The position numbers and the translations under genes were made by a program. A stretch of DNA of 38,568 nt from Allosphingosinicella sp. GTDB taxonomy: Bacteria; Pseudomonadota; Alphaproteobacteria; Sphingomonadales; Sphingomonadaceae. The DNA is taken from the NCBI GenBank assembly GCA_046289665.1, contig JBKBVA010000002.1:1-38568 (forward strand), given 5' to 3'. The notes below the pieces were generated by a model, which saw nothing but the letters and a program-made list of their open reading frames with translations, did not search any database and was not told the DNA's origin. Positions 35,772 to 38,568 of this stretch are shown here, piece by piece. Position 1 is the stretch's first letter. Every line of letters starts with the position of its first letter.

Positions 35772-36368
35772 CACCTGTCTCCCAATATTGGTTTGCGCTC
35801 CACCCCGCGGCGGCGCGGCGTCTGTGCGGCCCATCCGCGCCCCCGCGCACGTTCATCCGCGCCGCGGGAAGGAAAATCCCCGGCACGAGCGGCTGGCGAG
35901 ATCTGAGGCCGAAATTGCTCTCAAGTCGGACTGCGAATCGAAGGCCCCCCTCAACCTTCGGAATTACAGTTGATACCCGAAATCGATTTGATGCAAGCCG
36001 TATATCGGTGGATCCGATTCCGTCATTTCGTGCTTGATTTGGCTACATCAAGAACTGACGCGAGAAGGCGGCTGCTTCTGCATGAGTGGTGGCTGCGCTG
36101 CCAATGGGGATCGTTGATTTCTCCCGGCTTCGTTCTTCACGTCTCACTGCAACGGCCTCAGCCGATTGGAGAATCGCTCCAGCAGCGTACGTTCGGAGGC
36201 AAAGTCAGGCGCCTGGCCGGCGGGACTTGCTGCCCCGACTGGCGACGGCGAAGTAAAGCCTGGTCAGTGATCTGGGAGCGCCACGTCCGGGCCGCAGGCG
36301 ACCTTGGCGGGCGAACCCGTTCAATTTTCGCGCAACTCTTCGCCTAGGCGGTGATCCGGCCTCCCCCC

Positions 36369-36388
36369 GATCCGCCTCCCGGCGGATC
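36369..36388 (-). terminator. GC-rich hairpin at the end of the GMC gene
   Basis: GATCCGCC-TCCC-GGCGGATC perfect 8-bp stem overlapping the stop codon; no clear U-tract. Confidence 0.3.
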
Positions 36389-38066
36389 AGATCCGTCCGG
36401 CCGCCATCTCCTTGACCGCCCTGTCCGCCGCCCGCGCCGTCAGGGCCATGAAGGTCAGGGAGGGGTTCACGCAGGAGACCGAGGCCATCTGGGCGCCGTC
36501 GGTGACGAACAGATTGGCCGCGTCGTGCGCCTGGCTCCACTTGTTGAGCACCGAACTGCGCGGATCGTCGCCCATGCGGGCGCCGCCCATTTCGTGGATG
36601 GCGTCGCCGGGCACGTGCTCGCGCACGCTGCTCGAGACGTTCTTGAGGCCGGCTTTCTTCAGCATCGCCTCGCCCTGCTCGCGCGCGTCCGCCATCATCT
36701 TGAGCTCATTGTCGCGGAAGGTGACGTTGAACTGCGCCTGGGGGACGCCGAAGCGGTCGACCTTGGTCGGGTGGAGCGAGACGCGATTGTCCTCGTAGGG
36801 GAGGCATTCGCCGAACGCGGTCATGCCGAACCACCAGGGGCCGTAGGCGCGCATCTTGTGCTTCATCTCGGCGCCGAATCCCTCGGGGCCCAGCGGATGG
36901 CGGCCGGCGCCGCCTTGGTAGCCGTAGCCGCGGCGGAAGCCGACATCCTCGGCCAGATCGTTGTTGCGGAAGCGCGGGATGTAGACCCCGCCCGGGCGCC
37001 TTCCATATTCGATGAAATCGGTGAGGCCCGGCACCTCGCCCGAGATGCTGACCCGGAAGATATGGTCCATCACGTAGCGGCCGAGCGTGCCGCTCGCGTC
37101 GAAATGGCTCTTGCCCGCGTCTTCGGGGCGCGAGTTGAGCAGGATCTGGGTCGAGGCCATGGCCGAGGCGCAGAGGAACACCATGCGCGCCGGGATCACC
37201 TCCGCCGCCTTGGTCTCGGCGTCGACGACGCGCACCCCCGTCACTCTCTTCGTCGCGGGATCGTATTCGAGGTTGGTGACGACGGCGTTGGGCCGCAGCG
37301 TCAGACGGCCGGTGGCGCGGGCGGCGGGGAGGGTCACCGCCTGGGTGGAGAAATAGGCGCCGAACGAGCAGCCGCGGTGGCACTGGTTGCGGAACTGGCA
37401 CTTGCTGCGCCCCTGCTCGGGCTTGTCCTCGGTCATGTTCGAGAGGCGGGCCGGGATCAGCTTGCGGCCCGGAAATTCGCTCTCCAGTCGTCCCTTCAGC
37501 CAGGTTTCGGCGACGTTCATCGGCATGGGCGGCTGGAACTTGCTGTCGGGCAGGTAGGGCAGATTCTCCTTCGACCCGGAGACGCCGGCAAAGTCCTCGA
37601 CATAATCGTACCAGGGGGCGAGATCGTCATAGCCGATCGGCCAGGCGCCGCCGATCCCCTCGCGGGCGTTGGCGGCGAAATCCTCGGGGCTCCAGCGGAA
37701 CGACCAGCGGCCCCAGATCAGCGACTTGCCGCCGACCGCGGCGGGCCGGATCCAGTAGAATTTGTCCCCGTCCTCATAGGCATAGGGGTTCAAGCGGTCG
37801 TTGTTGTAATATTTCTGCCGGCTCGGCGTGACGTAGCCGTGGCGGCTGACGAAATAGTCGCTGTCGAGCAGGCGCGGCGACATCGCATCGCGATGGGGGA
37901 TGTCGTAGAGCGGCATGCCTTCATAATCGTACTGGCCGTGCTCGACCATCACGCCGCGGTCGAGCATCAGCACGCGCAGCCCCTTTTCGGTGAGCTCCTT
38001 GGCCGCCCAGCCGCCGCTGACGCCGGAGCCGATGACGATCGCGTCGAACCTGTCGGTAGCGCTCAT
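36387..38066 (-). CDS. GMC-family FAD oxidoreductase (glycoside 3-dehydrogenase/gluconate dehydrogenase large-subunit type), 559 aa
   Basis: DAIVIGSGVSGGWAAKEL, VGGKSLIWGR, CQFRNQCHRGC, HEMGGARMG, NPSLTFMAL. GGAAGG RBS before ATG 38066. Confidence 0.92.
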   Translation of the reverse strand: MSATDRFDAIVIGSGVSGGWAAKELTEKGLRVLMLDRGVMVEHGQYDYEGMPLYDIPHRDAMSPRLLDSDYFVSRHGYVTPSRQKYYNNDRLNPYAYEDGDKFYWIRPAAVGGKSLIWGRWSFRWSPEDFAANAREGIGGAWPIGYDDLAPWYDYVEDFAGVSGSKENLPYLPDSKFQPPMPMNVAETWLKGRLESEFPGRKLIPARLSNMTEDKPEQGRSKCQFRNQCHRGCSFGAYFSTQAVTLPAARATGRLTLRPNAVVTNLEYDPATKRVTGVRVVDAETKAAEVIPARMVFLCASAMASTQILLNSRPEDAGKSHFDASGTLGRYVMDHIFRVSISGEVPGLTDFIEYGRRPGGVYIPRFRNNDLAEDVGFRRGYGYQGGAGRHPLGPEGFGAEMKHKMRAYGPWWFGMTAFGECLPYEDNRVSLHPTKVDRFGVPQAQFNVTFRDNELKMMADAREQGEAMLKKAGLKNVSSSVREHVPGDAIHEMGGARMGDDPRSSVLNKWSQAHDAANLFVTDGAQMASVSCVNPSLTFMALTARAADRAVKEMAAGRI

Positions 38067-38154
38067 TTGAAATCCTTCCGTCGGGGCGCGCCGCGGCCGG
38101 CGCCTGTGTCGTGGCATTGCGGGAGGCGCGGGGGCGCGCGGCGCAAGGGCGGCC

Positions 38155-38568
38155 TCACGAGGACCAGACCTTCGTCACCTGCGCATAAGGGTAAGCGCCG
38201 TCATAGGCGCCGGGCACCGGAAGATATTCGCGCTCCTCCGTCATGCCGATCTCGGACGTGTAATAGCCGGTGACGACGAGCTGCCGGAAGCGGTCGAAGA
38301 AGAGCGCGCCGCCGGGGAGGGAATCCGCCATCGCCAGCGTCAGCAGCGCGTCCTGCTGCTCGGGCGCGGCGGCCGCCACGGCTGCGCGCGGCGGTGGCGC
38401 CGCGGCGGCGCGTGCGCCCGGCGGGGGCGCGAGGCTCTCGGCGGCCACGGCGGCGCGTGGCGCGGTCGCGATGGCAAGCACGGGGCGGCCTGGCGCGGCC
38501 TCGGCGAGGAGGCGGCTGCGCTCGCCATCCACGGCGACGCGCACCTGCGCCGCGCCGCCCGGCGGGAT
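38155..38568 (-). CDS. Gluconate 2-dehydrogenase subunit 3-like protein, partial; the N-terminal part does not look like the family
   Basis: C-terminal FFDRFRQLVVTGYYTSEIG...YLPVPG.YDG motif, directly upstream of the GMC gene; frame open to the window edge. Confidence 0.7.
   Translation of the reverse strand: MPPGGAAQVRVAVDGERSRLLAEAAPGRPVLAIATAPRAAVAAESLAPPPGARAAAAPPPRAAVAAAAPEQQDALLTLAMADSLPGGALFFDRFRQLVVTGYYTSEIGMTEEREYLPVPGAYDGAYPYAQVTKVWSS

Noticed and set aside
23858-35906. Other long antisense or alternative-frame ORFs (813, 611, 891, 833 and 632 aa, among others)
   Set aside because: Shadow ORFs overlapping better-supported genes.

Overview
High-GC alphaproteobacterial (sphingomonad-like) DNA in three blocks. 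(1) 1-14003: the right part of an integrative element. It has a putative conjugative leading region (DUF2493/SLOG, stand-alone sigma-70 region 4, nucleotidyltransferase-HEPN, ssb, a hypothetical, and long intergenic hairpins), a candidate oriT, a VirD2/RlxS-type relaxase and a CopG-like protein, but no coupling protein or T4SS. Next comes defence-like cargo: a DriD-like WYL regulator divergent from an apparent operon of TM0106-family nuclease-helicase, a degenerate Ubl-like protein, a Ubl, an E2-like/E1(ThiF) fusion and DUF6527. A DriD-type CGAC-N7-GTCA box sits between the two start codons. The block ends at a duplicated tRNA-Ser-like 3' end (att site). (2) 14039-35771: a 21.7 kb, five-gene minus-strand operon of unknown function. 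It encodes a Hint-domain autoprocessing protein, a 7x FN3-like protein ending in a possible beta-grasp domain, a 1127-aa beta-rich protein, a DNase I/CdtB-fold EEP enzyme and a 4057-aa protein with about 20 LysM-like repeats. None shows a signal peptide. (3) 36387-38568: an ordinary GMC oxidoreductase and a partial gluconate-2-dehydrogenase subunit 3-like gene. The best candidates for undescribed systems are the giant LysM/Hint/EEP operon and the putatively ssDNA-regulated helicase-nuclease plus ubiquitin-like conjugation module. All family calls come from motif recognition by eye; no searches were run.
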